Notes: generated from the letters alone by a model not told the origin. A DNA stretch of 64,000 bases from Amoebidium appalachense (GCA_963693365.1 CAVNZM010000007.1:9111962-9175961), one strand, 5' to 3'; shown: positions 15,260-27,193, numbered from the stretch's first letter. Translations and numbers: made by a program.

Positions 15260-15358
15260 AAGCTCCCTCTCCAAACAACACATTGTCAAAAAAAAAAAAA
15301 AAAAAAAAAAAAAGGAAGAGGGCGGGATGTGTACTCCGCATCGAACACCCCCTTTCCT

Positions 15359-15393
<35 letters not shown>

Positions 15394-15493
15394 CCAACCA
15401 ACCAAGCAACCAACCAACCAACCAACCAAAAAAAAAAACAAGAAAAAAAAACAAAACACCTTTTTCTCTTTTCTTTTCTTTTCTTTTCTTTTC

Positions 15494-15535
<42 letters not shown>

Positions 15536-15893
15536 CTTTTTGGCTGCGGTGGTTTATTTTTATTTTTATTTTATTTTATTTTATTTTTATTTTTTTTGGA
15601 GGGGGGGGGGGGGAGGGTTTTCAAGGCAGGTCGTTCCTTTTCCGACGGGGTGGCTTACATGGGAATGTTCCTCCCCACAGCTGGCAGGCGATTTTGTACG
15701 CATGTCCGTGTGCAGATGTGTGTGTATGTACCTGTCGTGTGTGTGCATGGTGCAACTATGGCACTTCTGTGTAGATATGACGGCAGAATTTATATACGTG
15801 TGTGCGTATGTGTGTGTCACGGTGTTTTTCAGTTTCACGGTATGTGCGTCATAGTGTAGATAATTGTGTGTGTGTGTGTGTACAAGTGTGTCA

Positions 15894-15944
<51 letters not shown>

Positions 15945-16029
15945 TGTGTGTCTGTGTCTGTGTGTGTGTCTGTGTGTGTGTTTGTGTGTGTGTGTGTGCA
16001 CTCTCTGTGTGTGTGTGTGCACGCGCGCA

Positions 16030-16142
<113 letters not shown>

Positions 16143-17519
16143 CACTGCAGTGTGTGAGACAAGTGCTTTAGAGTGGGTGTAGGGGTGTGGGTGGGTGTGC
16201 GTGTGTATACACGTTCCCGAATGTTCTGGTTAAATAGGCTCGGAACCGAGGAGGTTAGCATAAACACGCCCCGCTTATGATGTTCGCAGCATTAAAATTT
16301 CAGGACTATTACTAAGTCGCATTTTTACTTTTTGGGATATGATCATCCGGCGGATAATGTAGGCCGGTGCGCAGTGCAATGTGGGTGTAAGTGAAGTTGA
16401 AACTCGCGTGTCCGCAGTAACAGCGGGAGAGGACCAGGTGGCGGACCCCCCTGCGGATCCCCCTCTCCCCCCTCCTCCCCCGTCCCCCCTTTCCCACTCC
16501 TGCCCGACCCGCCGGCAATTGGCAGCTAGAGGGCGGGTGGGCTCCGGAAGAGGGCGGGGGAAGGGGGTGAGGGCAGGGGGAGGGGGAGGGGGGGGGGGGG
16601 GGGGGGAAGGGGGGGGGGGGGGGGGGGGAAGGGGAGCAAGGGGGGGGGGGGGAGGAGGGCTGAACTGAGGACCCCTTTTCCCCTCCCACCTACCCTCCCC
16701 TATATCCTCCTCCTCCCTGAGTCCCCTTCGAAGCCCATCCCCTCCCCCTCCCCTTCCCCCTCCTACACACACAACATGCACATATCACGTAGCGAAGGAT
16801 TTACCTGTTACCCGTGTACAGCATGCAGCTCACCTACAATACATGTGTACACGTACGGATACCAGAAAGCACTTAGTCTCTATCCCTGTCATGCAATGGC
16901 GTGTTTCTCTCTCGATTGTTTCTGACGTACTACACACACACGTCACAATTTACACCTAGCCTACGATGCGCATCCCCGCAAGACTGTACACATACAGCAT
17001 GTTTGCCCCAGCCACATGATAGAAACAGGACATGTGACAACACTGTGTTCAGTTGAAGCATAGCACAATTCTGATTATCGAGTTCGTTAGCAAAATTGAG
17101 TCCTGCTAGTGGCCCAAAGTAGGGAAAAGGGGGAGAGGGGGGGGAGGGGAGGGGATGGGAGGTGCGGGGGGGAGAGGGGAGGGGGGGGAGGGGGAGGGAA
17201 ATAACTTGAGAAGAGGGACAGGTTCATGAGAACTACTCCTTATAGTTATATTTAGCAGTCCGGGCACCCAAACTCAGGTGATCAACACGACTCGATTTGG
17301 GGTCTACCCAGGCATGTGACTGAAAAATATGAGGTGCATGTGCCACGGACCAGCCAGGTGGCATCATCAACCATACTAAAATTGTTCTGAAGATAGAGTT
17401 ATCTCCCTCACCGCCTACTAGAATTCTGAGAGCATACTACCAACACCATTCACATACCCTTTTCATACCATGTTTCATACCGTGAGACCTTGACAATAGT
17501 CTAATATTACTATGATCAC

Positions 17520-18551
17520 CTATATAGCTTGCGCCTGCAGCTGCCTAAGTCTCTCCAGCAACTGGGCATTCTCATTGCGCAACCCATCTCGCACAGCAGA
17601 AAAGTGTGCAAGTTTTTGTCTTAGCAGTCGCATATGGTCACCAGCCCCTTGAAGGATCTGTAGCTTGGACACCCGCGCATCGTTGGCACAGTCGGGCACC
17701 ACTGCACACAGGGCCTCAAAAGTCGTCTTAAGATCTTCCCGCCGTTTTCTTTCCAGCTGGTTATGTGTCTGACGCTTATGCTCAATGCTCTTTGTGCCGG
17801 TCTTGTACGGTGAAAACCTCTGTTTGGGGGCAGCGGGAGACTCGGCCTTGCAAGAAGTTGTTTGAGGAGAAGGGGAGGCCAGGGGGGAGGAGGCAGCAGA
17901 AGAGACCGGGGTCACACCCACACTGAAGGGAAGATACCCGTAGGGGTGGAGTTGGGCCAGTGTCAGGCGCTGGGAGTCACTGAGCACGTTGTCTTCGATC
18001 GTCACAACGTCTACGTCTACCTCTTCTTCCTCCGAGTCCGTGGTGGCTTCACTTTTGACGAGCGGCTCAAACTTGAAGACAGTATCCACCACAGGTGGGG
18101 CACTCATGTCAAGATCAATCATGGATGGGTCGATGTGCGTGATGAAGTTGCTTGGATCCGAGATGTCGGTCAAGATGCTGAAAGGTTCGGCCAACAGTGC
18201 GACGCTAGGGGACGTGGGCGGGGTCTGTTCGGTTAAGTTGTCGCTGAGAGGGCGGTCAACAATAGGCCCGAGCGAGAGGGCAAAGTCGGTGTCGAGGGCT
18301 AAAACCGTTGAAGACCATGAGCTCATTTCAACACCAGTCATGCTATCGGAAGAGCCTTGGCAGACGGTTGTGTGTGTGGGTGACAGGCACTGAAGTGGTG
18401 TTGTGTCACTAATTTCTGGTGAGGAGGGAAAATCGAAGGTCACCCCGGAACCAAAGTCGAAGTCCAGCTTGTCGATGGCTGAGAAACCTAAAAAGTGTTC
18501 GGTGGAATCAAACAAGGCTAGAGGGCTAGGTTCAAACTCGAGATCGGCCAT
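17520..18551 (-). CDS. MYC: Myc-like bHLH-leucine zipper transcription factor, 343 aa, intronless CDS
   Basis: C-terminal KRQTHNQLERKRREDLK..F.AL...VP......SKLQIL..A..H basic-HLH plus zipper matches the Myc bHLH-ZIP consensus. DSEEEEVDVDVVTIE resembles Myc box IIIb (EEIDVV), and TPPTSPS resembles the MBI phosphodegron (TPPLSP). Confidence 0.88.
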   Translation of the reverse strand: MADLEFEPSPLALFDSTEHFLGFSAIDKLDFDFGSGVTFDFPSSPEISDTTPLQCLSPTHTTVCQGSSDSMTGVEMSSWSSTVLALDTDFALSLGPIVDRPLSDNLTEQTPPTSPSVALLAEPFSILTDISDPSNFITHIDPSMIDLDMSAPPVVDTVFKFEPLVKSEATTDSEEEEVDVDVVTIEDNVLSDSQRLTLAQLHPYGYLPFSVGVTPVSSAASSPLASPSPQTTSCKAESPAAPKQRFSPYKTGTKSIEHKRQTHNQLERKRREDLKTTFEALCAVVPDCANDARVSKLQILQGAGDHMRLLRQKLAHFSAVRDGLRNENAQLLERLRQLQAQAI

Positions 18552-18786
18552 CTTTAGGAAGCAAACTTAAGCTTTAAAACAAACCGTATATATAGTGAAG
18601 AACATGCAACTACACGCAACCGCACACAAGAGGAAGTCTTTTGGTACGCCGCACTCAAGTCACAACCGACGGTGCGGAAACATAACAAACACATTATGAC
18701 AGCAGCTGTTGTCTTAAAATACTAAGTGTTCGAACCGGACGAGATCATACGGTATGTTGTCGGTAACAGCTGTGCCTGATGAGCAG

Positions 18787-18835
18787 CCAATGATCTTCCA
18801 GGACCGTACATTTTTATTTTATCGCATCTGATTGG
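18787..18835 (-). promoter_or_regulatory. Candidate CCAAT boxes upstream of the Myc-like gene
   Basis: AGCCAATGA at ~18785-18793 and CTGATTGGT at ~18828-18836, about 240-290 bp upstream of the ATG, followed by a GC-rich stretch. Motif match only. Confidence 0.35.
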
Positions 18836-21800
18836 TCAAACGGCCGCCGGAGGTGAAGTTGAACTTGTGGTCGCATCCCATGGGACCCGCGTAGCCCGGG
18901 GGCTGGGAGGCCTTGGCAGCGGGTTCCGAGAGTCTTATTTTGTCTCCAAAAGCAAACAACAGGCCAAAGTCTTCGATGCAAAAACTGATAACTTATATGC
19001 CGTTTTATTGACAGAATATGGCAATGCTTCTTCTGATGCGAGAGCTTTGGCAACCAGAGCCTTGGACGCTGCTGGCAGCCCGCTGCCGGCGCATGCACCG
19101 GCGCAGCTGTGCAGCATGCGCGCAGTGCTAGCGCTGTGCGCACGTTCCGGGACCCGGACCCGGGCCCGGCGACCAGGGTCCGACCCGCCGCATCATGTAC
19201 AGTAGGCCTACGTACCACCGACTGGCAGGACATGGCCAGCACAGGCCACTAATCAGCGAAATTATATTCGTTTTTTACCTTCTCTTTGGGCAAACTTCCC
19301 TCCTTGGATGGAGCAGCGGCACAAGGCACCAGGCTAACGTTACATACACGCTCCCTGGACAGCTGGATCTGAGGATCGATCTTGGGTTCTTCAGAGTCGA
19401 TTCCATTGGCTACAAAAAAGGGAGCAGTGTAAACATGGACTCGGGAAAGGGTGTTCGCATGTAGCATGCACCTGCAAGTACTAAATAATAAACATCTGGA
19501 TATAAGTCTAAGAAAGGAAAAGACGGCTGTGAAGTAGCATAGTCTTTATTCCCTAGTGTTTTGTTCATCCTCACAGCACGCACATCATAACTGTGCCACA
19601 GTGCACGCCTGCGCAGTGTCAGTTCGAATCTAAAGAGTGAATCTAAAGGTCACACTGCCGCGCTCTTCATCAAGATCTGATCCCAGTTCCACCAATCCGA
19701 GATAGATGCATTTTGATTATCTACGTTTTTATTGGAGGCCTTTGATGCTCGGAGCAAAATTATTTCAAACCAACGTCAAGGGTTTGCACCGTCAGTTTGC
19801 CGCCAATAAACTTTGCACTGCCCATGAGTCATGACCATGATTATGATTATGTGTACACATGTAAACCGTCGAGTTAGGCCCTGAATCCATATGCATCCCT
19901 TCTTATATTTAGTACATAAATAGCGTATATTTCAGTCAGCCGTTATCGTTCTATTACAGCCTGTATGCTCTGCGCTGGGGCCTGCTGCAGCTGCAGGGTT
20001 TGGCATCTAAGTTGAAAATGACACTTGACAACAAGAACCCTCGGCGTTACTAAGTCGTGCACGACCCCAACATTATATGACTTGCACTAAAGCATTTTTG
20101 CACATAGTCGGCAGAGCATTGTCAGCGCGAGCACACACCTTGTACGGTCGTGCAGATCCAGATAATCCGTCAACCCATGAAAGTCGTCGTTGTGTTTTGT
20201 GTGGAATAATGCGCATGCATGCCCTACACGGTGTTAGGAGTAGCTTTCATGAAACGTCCTGAGAATGGAAGTGTGAAGAAATTTCAGAGAAAATAATGGA
20301 ACCGCTCGCCGTGACATCGATTGTTGCCAACATTTCGTCGTGCAAGATCTAGACTGTACCCCCAGTTCTTCATCATGATTGGTTCGACACGCACCCATCT
20401 TGGAGTGCCTTTCTAACCAATCAGGACCCTGTTTTGCACATTCCATTATTTCCATTTGGTGTATCATCAAATGTGTGTGCCACGAGTACGTTGGCCATGC
20501 ACCTACACATGCATATGCCCTTTCGTTTAGCTTTAAGCGACATACACGAACAGCTTGAAGTAGTATGTGCACTTCAGAGCTGGGCGAATTCTAAACTCCC
20601 AATTGCTCCTTTCGGTTGCTCATCAGCTCGCTCTCTTGCCGCATTCCTGTGTCATCACTCACTGTGGCGGTGCTCCAGCTGCCAGCCAGAGAGTGGAGCC
20701 ACGCGTCAAGGTAGGTTCAGAATTCGAAAGGCGTAACAATTTGTTACACGGATAATGCGCATGCCTACTACTGTGTCCCAAATTATTTGTGTGTGAGGTG
20801 TGTGTACATGCATGTGTTTGCCAGGGTTCACAATATCATTTTTCACTAATATTCAACTTGGATTCCTGTATTGTATTTTTACTGTATTTCAGTATATTTT
20901 TAGGTGATCACGTGCGCAGCACCAGTCGTACTTTCGATATATGAATGTTGACGTCGTGGCTGCCGTGCACACAACAATAATATGTACATGTATGTTTGCA
21001 ACTTGTGAAGTCAAGTTGGCAACGTCAAATTGACAAGCTTGTAGTGTGGAGGTGTCTCTCTCATATGCAGTCGAAGGGGAAGCATAATAAGAAGTATGAT
21101 TATAGTAGAATTCTGAATTGGGGGCTAGCGCTGGAGGGGGGGAGTATTGTTTTTGTGTGGTTAAACGGAGAAGCAGAGTGCACAGATGGGTGTTATGATA
21201 TACACAACACATAGACACATAGGAAAAACACAACCGGAGAGGTGGAACGGTTTCTGAGACGACTTGAAATGTTTTCAACTGCTTGATATTTATTTCAAGA
21301 TGAATTCCTTTTTATACGCAGAGATGTGGAGCCGACAAATGCTAAGCCAATCAAAAGGACGAAAACTAAGAGGGCAAATAAATCTGCTAAGCCAATCAAA
21401 AGAACGAAAACTATGAGGTGGCAAACAAATCGAAATACCTGTCGACACATAGAAGATAAATCGTAATCTTCTAATGAAAGCACGGAAACATTTACTAAAG
21501 CTTAATAAATGAAACCACTTGTATATCTATTAGCTCACATCATATATTTATACATGTACATAATATAAACACGTCTAATTATAAGTATTCCTAATAGCAG
21601 GGAAACATAGAGCAATTCTACGTCGTGGGAAAAGAAGGAAAAGGAATGAGGATAGATAGACTTGAAGGAATGGAATGGGAAAGGAATCGAGTGGAATAAA
21701 GGAGGAATGTAGGTTTCTATATTTGGGGAAATTAAACGAGATCTGATTGGACAATTATCGGACACGAACGCACCATGTAAACAAGCACTTAAATTCGATT

Positions 21801-21930
21801 TGCAAGGAAATCTCATGGATCAGCCTCTAGCGGGCACAATTGAAAACGAGAATTCGAAAGAAGGGAAAAAAAGAAAGAAGGAAAAAAAACTTGATCAGGG
21901 AAACGGACCGATGTGCACGTACGCAGACGT

Positions 21931-22010
<80 letters not shown>

Positions 22011-22151
22011 AGGGAGAGGGAGAGGGAGAGGGAGAGGGAGAGGGAGAGGGAGAGGGAGAGGGAGAGGGAGAGGGAGAGGGAGAGGGAGAGGGAGAGGGAG
22101 AGGGAGAGGGAGAGGGAGAGGGAGAGGGAGAGGGAGAGGGAGAGAGAGAGG

Positions 22152-22231
<80 letters not shown>

Positions 22232-22299
22232 TAGCCTGAGCTAGAGAGAGAGAGAGAGAGAGAGAGCTACAAAGAGAGAGAGAGAGGGAGAGAGAGCCT

Positions 22300-22389
<90 letters not shown>

Positions 22390-22518
22390 GAGAGCCTTGA
22401 AGAAAAAGAGAGAGACAGAGACTGTAGAGAGAGAGAGGGGGGGGGGGGGGGGGGGGAGGAGAGAGAGAGAGAGAGAGAGAGAGAGTGAGTGTGTGTGTGT
22501 GTGCGTTTGTGAATATCG

Positions 22519-22557
<39 letters not shown>

Positions 22558-23027
22558 GAGAGGGAGAGAGAGAGAGGAGAGAGAGAATGAGTGAGAGAAG
22601 GAAGCTAGAGAGAGAACGGTGCGCGTGTGTGTACGTGCGTACATGTGTTTTTTTTTTGTGTGTGTGTGTGTGTGTTTTGTGCGTGTGTATGTGCTTGTTT
22701 TGTGCGTGTGTACCGGCACACATGCGGACATCTGCAGAAGCACATACAGAGATATATGTCGGTGCACATAACGTGTGTACACGTACACACAACGCGCACA
22801 CGTGCTATGAACACACACAGTATGTATGTGTTCATGACTGCAGCAGATAGACAGATATAGAGGCAGCCGTCGTGGCATGCATAGATGGCGTATGGACATG
22901 CAGACATACCTAGGTGGCATGTTTTTCTCAGCGTATGCGGAAGTTATTAAAAAAAAAATTTCATTAATGTTCTCCTCCCTGGAGCGTATATACAAATCGT
23001 AATCGTTGTGTATGTCGGCTGTACATA

Positions 23028-24350
23028 CTAGTGATATATATACATACACAGTGGATGGCATAGAGTATGCGGACGTACGGTGCGCATCATGTGTCGTGTT
23101 GTATGACTATTCATGCACACTGGTCTAGAAATGATAGTCAAACTACTAACCATTGAAGACATGGGTTGCTTTGCATTGAGTTTGACCCGAGCACCATTCA
23201 TATTCAAGACGGATTGTTTGTGTTTTTTACATTGATTATTGTTTTGTTCACTTACATAATTTTCATTAACTTGTTGACCATTTATCTGCATTGCAAATAC
23301 ATCTGGTACAGTGGTATTAAAAGAAAGACAATTAAGAGGTTTAAACGAAAGCTCTGTCTCTGCTCTTCCAAACGGCAATAATAAATTATTTTGTCCGTCT
23401 GTAGCACTTTCTAAATAACTGAAATGGCCGACACCCCTCGGATCCAACATCACTCGCAGAACTTCCCTACCTCCGGCAGTACGGCCAACAAAGATAGTTC
23501 GACACACTTCTCTACCTTCGTCTAAATAAACAATCAAACGCCTACCGGTCAACAATGCAATCAATTCCATGAATCCTCCATTGCTACCTTCCACATCTAT
23601 ACTTAAACACCTCCATGGTATAGCTATATAGTTCTGAATATAGCGCACGTATGCATCCTCACTTGCACACCAACATCGCACAATATTCAAAATGTTATTT
23701 TTAGCTATTAATTGTTCCCTCACTTGGCGTATTTCACCTACAACATCATGCGGTAAACCATTAGTCGAAATATTAACCAGTTCCTCAGCTCCCAAACGCA
23801 TATTATATCGCATATTCCCAGATTGCTCAATAATGTCGTCAATATGACGTACAAGACCATCAATTTGTTGTTCTATCTGAATATACCTAGACCGCAAAGC
23901 ATTGATGTATGGACCCAAATCCCACACTTCACCGTTTATAAATCCTATACCACAAATTTCCTCAACAACCATTTCTCTTGCTTCACGAAGCTGTTTTGCT
24001 TGCATAAGCAGGTCCACTGCTCCTTCCCTGCTAACCCCCAAAACGTTAAAAGCACAGTCGAAATTCTGTCCTGAAACATCATGACAATAATAAAGATGTG
24101 CATCATCTAGTCTAACAATCCTAGGCCCAGTAATTTCGCTCTTTCGAACACAATCTATAGTGGTATCCACACCACCTGCACACCACCTTTTTTTTACATA
24201 TACCCCTTCATCGTGACCCCTTTTCACTTTTTGGTGTCTTAGCTGCCAATAACAAACCCACGCGCAAAAACATTTTCTACCATACCCAGCCACGCTTTTT
24301 TCATCCTTGGTTCCCCTACAACCTATCCCCGAAAAAATCCTTAGCAGCAT
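23028..24350 (-). CDS. Intronless 440-aa ORF with putative OTU-like cysteine protease (deubiquitinase) domain and long helical insert
   Basis: HDVSGQNFDCAFNVLG resembles the OTU Cys-box (V.gDGnC.f.al), followed by GFMELIALLTGRRLIVY and a GHFSYL His-box. AT-richer than the host genes and without microsatellite introns. Confidence 0.5.
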   Translation of the reverse strand: MLLRIFSGIGCRGTKDEKSVAGYGRKCFCAWVCYWQLRHQKVKRGHDEGVYVKKRWCAGGVDTTIDCVRKSEITGPRIVRLDDAHLYYCHDVSGQNFDCAFNVLGVSREGAVDLLMQAKQLREAREMVVEEICGIGFINGEVWDLGPYINALRSRYIQIEQQIDGLVRHIDDIIEQSGNMRYNMRLGAEELVNISTNGLPHDVVGEIRQVREQLIAKNNILNIVRCWCASEDAYVRYIQNYIAIPWRCLSIDVEGSNGGFMELIALLTGRRLIVYLDEGREVCRTIFVGRTAGGREVLRVMLDPRGVGHFSYLESATDGQNNLLLPFGRAETELSFKPLNCLSFNTTVPDVFAMQINGQQVNENYVSEQNNNQCKKHKQSVLNMNGARVKLNAKQPMSSMVSSLTIISRPVCMNSHTTRHMMRTVRPHTLCHPLCMYIYH

Positions 24351-24846
24351 AACAACATTTCAAATGTGCCTTGAGGGCTATACGACGCCGTAAAAACTTT
24401 CGCAAACACACAATGCTCCTTTGACCACAACATACATCCCCTCTTTGAAACTCGCCAACACAAGTACGCAACTGCCCGAGAGCGTTCAATATGTGTCGCA
24501 CGACAAGGTAAACTTCACCCAAAACACTTAATATACTTACCACGGCAACATTACCCGGTATCAAAAAATAAATAAGTGCTACACAAATGTATACAATAGA
24601 CAAAATACATCCCAAACTACATAACCATCCACGCCGTTTTTTCTCATACTTCGATTCCAATTCTCTCCAATGAGCACTACACTCCATACTATCCCTTCGC
24701 ATCCCTTCACTCGTAACAAAATTGCGGCATTTCCCAACAACACCGTAAAGCAACACCATCAACACAAAAACATATAGTACCCATGCGACAACATCCCGCT
24801 TCGTCAACACCTCCTTTCCAAACTCAAATAACACATCAAACATCAT
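24316..24846 (-). CDS. 176-aa multi-pass membrane ORF overlapping the OTU-like ORF; possibly its frameshifted N-terminus
   Basis: About three hydrophobic segments (VVAWVLYVFVLMVLLYGVV; WLCSLGCILSIVYICVALIYFLI; VAVVSILSVLGEVYLVV). The 35-nt overlap contains a T6 run on the coding strand (+ strand A6 at 24332-24337). Confidence 0.45.
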   Translation of the reverse strand: MMFDVLFEFGKEVLTKRDVVAWVLYVFVLMVLLYGVVGKCRNFVTSEGMRRDSMECSAHWRELESKYEKKRRGWLCSLGCILSIVYICVALIYFLIPGNVAVVSILSVLGEVYLVVRHILNALGQLRTCVGEFQRGDVCCGQRSIVCLRKFLRRRIALKAHLKCCYAAKDFFGDRL

Positions 24847-25032
24847 CTTCGTTTTTTACTCTTGATCATTCAACGTTCAGAAAGAAGTTCACTCGAGCTC
24901 TGTAAAACTGAAATGCCGGCTGTGCACTAGGCATCTTCAGTTGCCAGGCTCAGCCTCCATATGCGTCTAGCAAATTCCTCGGTGCTTTTCCTGACATCAA
25001 AACAGAAACGTTCTCCAATCCGCAAACGCTAA

Positions 25033-26318
25033 ACAATAACCCGTACCCCTAGACGCCTGCAAAGATTGTTCGATGTAGTGTCAGAGTGGTGCAAGGCAAA
25101 CCTTATGATCCTTAACATAGACAAATGTGGTGTTCTTGTACCTGATATAGCTAACAATTTACACACATTTACATTATCATCTAAACCTGTACCTATAGTT
25201 CCAGAATACAAATATCTTGGTGTTCCGGTTGATTCTGTTGGTGTTATGTTTCCCCATATGGTCGAAAAGAGGGTAGAGTTGGCTCGTAAGCGGTTAGCTT
25301 TCTTCTCGGCTAATATTTTTAAAGACACACCCCTCCATCCTTCTATTAGACTTACATTTATTCGCACTTTTGTCTTCCCGGCATGTGAATATGGTTTACC
25401 CCTTCTCGCCGCTTGGATCAAGAAAGAGAGAACTAGAGCGCTTAAACCCTTGGCAAATTTCCTTGAAGCAGAAGTTGCCTCCTTTCTATCTAACAACTGT
25501 TGTAAACCTGGGCCTGTAACGCTCTCGATATATGGTCTGGTCCCAATAGCTGCTAGAGTATCCTATCTCGCGCTGAAATTCAATAAGCACATAAGCCGCT
25601 TAAAGAAGTATTTGCCCTCCCACCCTCTCTTCTCTATCCGACCTGTCCCCTCCTCACCTCTCCCCTCTTTCCTCCCCTCTCTCTCCCCTTCTCCCCTGGG
25701 CACAAATACAAATAAACCCCGCAATAGTGTGTGTGTGACTTTGGACTGCCACTTACTTATTAAACATGTACACAATCACAAGATAATCACGCAATATAAC
25801 AAATGGAAAAAGATACCACACGACACTAGACCCGATGAAAGCATACACCTTGAAAAACTAAGCCTTATGTCTCGTTTTATATATACTGACCGCCTCAACC
25901 ATATTGCCAAATATGGCACTCGCAAGTGTATAACACCTAAATACATATTACCTTCCTGTAGAACTGGTCTTTCTCTAGCTGATGGTATTATTGATCAATT
26001 ACCACGCTTTTACTGTACACGTGCTATACAGTGGAGATCTAATAAGTATAAGGTGGCATCATTTGCATGCCCAAACAACACACACACACACCAGTTTAAC
26101 CGGTCATGTATCGCCAAATGTAGTTTGATAGACCACATAATACCGCAACACACACACGTCACATTCACAACAGACACCCAGAAAGATAGCCTACCTGTAA
26201 ATTACAACATCCTTGATTTTATACTAAACACGCGTAACTACGACCTGTTTATTAGATGTATTGATTGGCTTGAGAAACACATCACTACAAAATTATAGCG
26301 CACGCGCACACACACACA

Positions 26319-26375
<57 letters not shown>

Positions 26376-26407
26376 CCAGCTGATACCGAGTGTCCCGAGG
26401 GGAGCCC

Positions 26408-26453
<46 letters not shown>
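25033..26453 (+). mobile_element. 5'-truncated non-LTR retrotransposon (LINE), RT C-terminus, poly(A) tail
   Basis: ORF 25066-26298 has LQRLFDVVSEWC..NLMILNIDKCGVL and YKYLGV (RT domain downstream of YADD, which is missing), a thumb region and a Cys/His-containing C-terminus. It is followed by (CA)n, a short unique 3' end and a poly(A) run at ~26412-26453. Confidence 0.88.
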
Positions 26454-26454
<1 letters not shown>

Positions 26455-26961
26455 GGGGAACCCCAACTAATTGATTTCTCCTTGTAGTCTTTATGGTGTC
26501 TCGTAGAGAAAGTAAACCCTGATATATAGTCACCACCCGACATCTATGTACGTGATCATGATATACCGCTGAGGGGATATTCCGAGCAAAACCCCCCCCC
26601 CATACCTGAGACTGGTTCTCTTTGCCTCGAGTAAACAGCGTAAACCCCAATAACCTATCAATCCGGCACTGGCGGAACCGGATCTAAGTAACTATCTGCG
26701 TCCGCAAAACTGTAAGAATTCAATCCGTAGTCAATTTGAAAGCGCAAAACTCCACCATGCCTTAAGCAAAAAGCACAGAGAAAAAAAATACATAAACGGT
26801 TTACCAGCCTTTTCCATTGCCACTCAGTCAATCAGTAACACTCGCCAGCTTTGACAGCCCCCAGAAACGCGATTTTAGCTTGTCACCTATCCCGCCAATC
26901 AGAATGTCCCCTATCTCAATCCGGTTCCAACACGATCCATCGAGCAAAATCTAGCAGCATA

Positions 26962-27045
26962 ATCAAGTTTTAAATTAAATTATTTTATTTAGATTGGATA
27001 GAGATCAAGTTTTAAATTAAATTATTTTATTTAGATTGGATAGAG
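26962..27045. repeat. Perfect 42-bp tandem duplication
   Basis: ATCAAGTTTTAAATTAAATTATTTTATTTAGATTGGATAGAG x2. A 24-bp tandem duplication follows at 27076-27122. Confidence 0.9.
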
Positions 27046-27193
27046 ACGATCTCCAATCCGAAAGCGCCAAACTCCACCATATATAGGCAAAAAGCACAAA
27101 CCATATATAGGCAAAAAGCACAGAGAAAAAACATAGAAAACAGGCGTTTTGACCTCCACAAACGGTGGACCCTCTAGCTCCGCTAGAGGCTGA

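Larger units (their letters stand above)
21791..27193 (-). mobile_element. Non-autonomous Helitron2/Helentron-like element with cargo ORFs and a nested LINE
   Basis: Perfect 15-bp inverted repeat ATCAGCCTCTAGCGG (21819-21833) / CCGCTAGAGGCTGAT (27180-27194). The - strand 5' end reads TCAGCCTCTAGC-GGA-GCTAGAGG, a terminal hairpin (27171-27189). The other copy is ~30 nt from the 3' end and is followed by a small hairpin GATTT..AAATC and TTT. No TSD longer than 2 bp is seen. This matches the asymmetric-TIR architecture of Helitron2/Helentrons. Confidence 0.6.

Noticed and set aside
18814-21290. Short ORFs upstream of the Myc-like gene
   Set aside because: No motifs or coding-like bias; more likely regulatory or intergenic DNA.
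21932-22225. (GAGAGG)n array as telomeric repeat or RG/GE-repeat protein
   Set aside because: It is a local variant embedded in a (GA)n microsatellite.
23028-26453. TM/OTU ORFs as the inverted 5' part of the adjacent LINE (twin priming)
   Set aside because: The inverted part has no RT or endonuclease continuity, its coding-strand base skew is opposite, and the flanking motifs tie it to the Helitron-like element.
21821-27192. hAT or CACTA cut-and-paste transposon based on CAG termini
   Set aside because: There is no 8-bp TSD. The AT on both sides is part of the inverted repeat, and the terminal hairpins fit Helitron2 better. A 2-bp-TSD element is not fully excluded.
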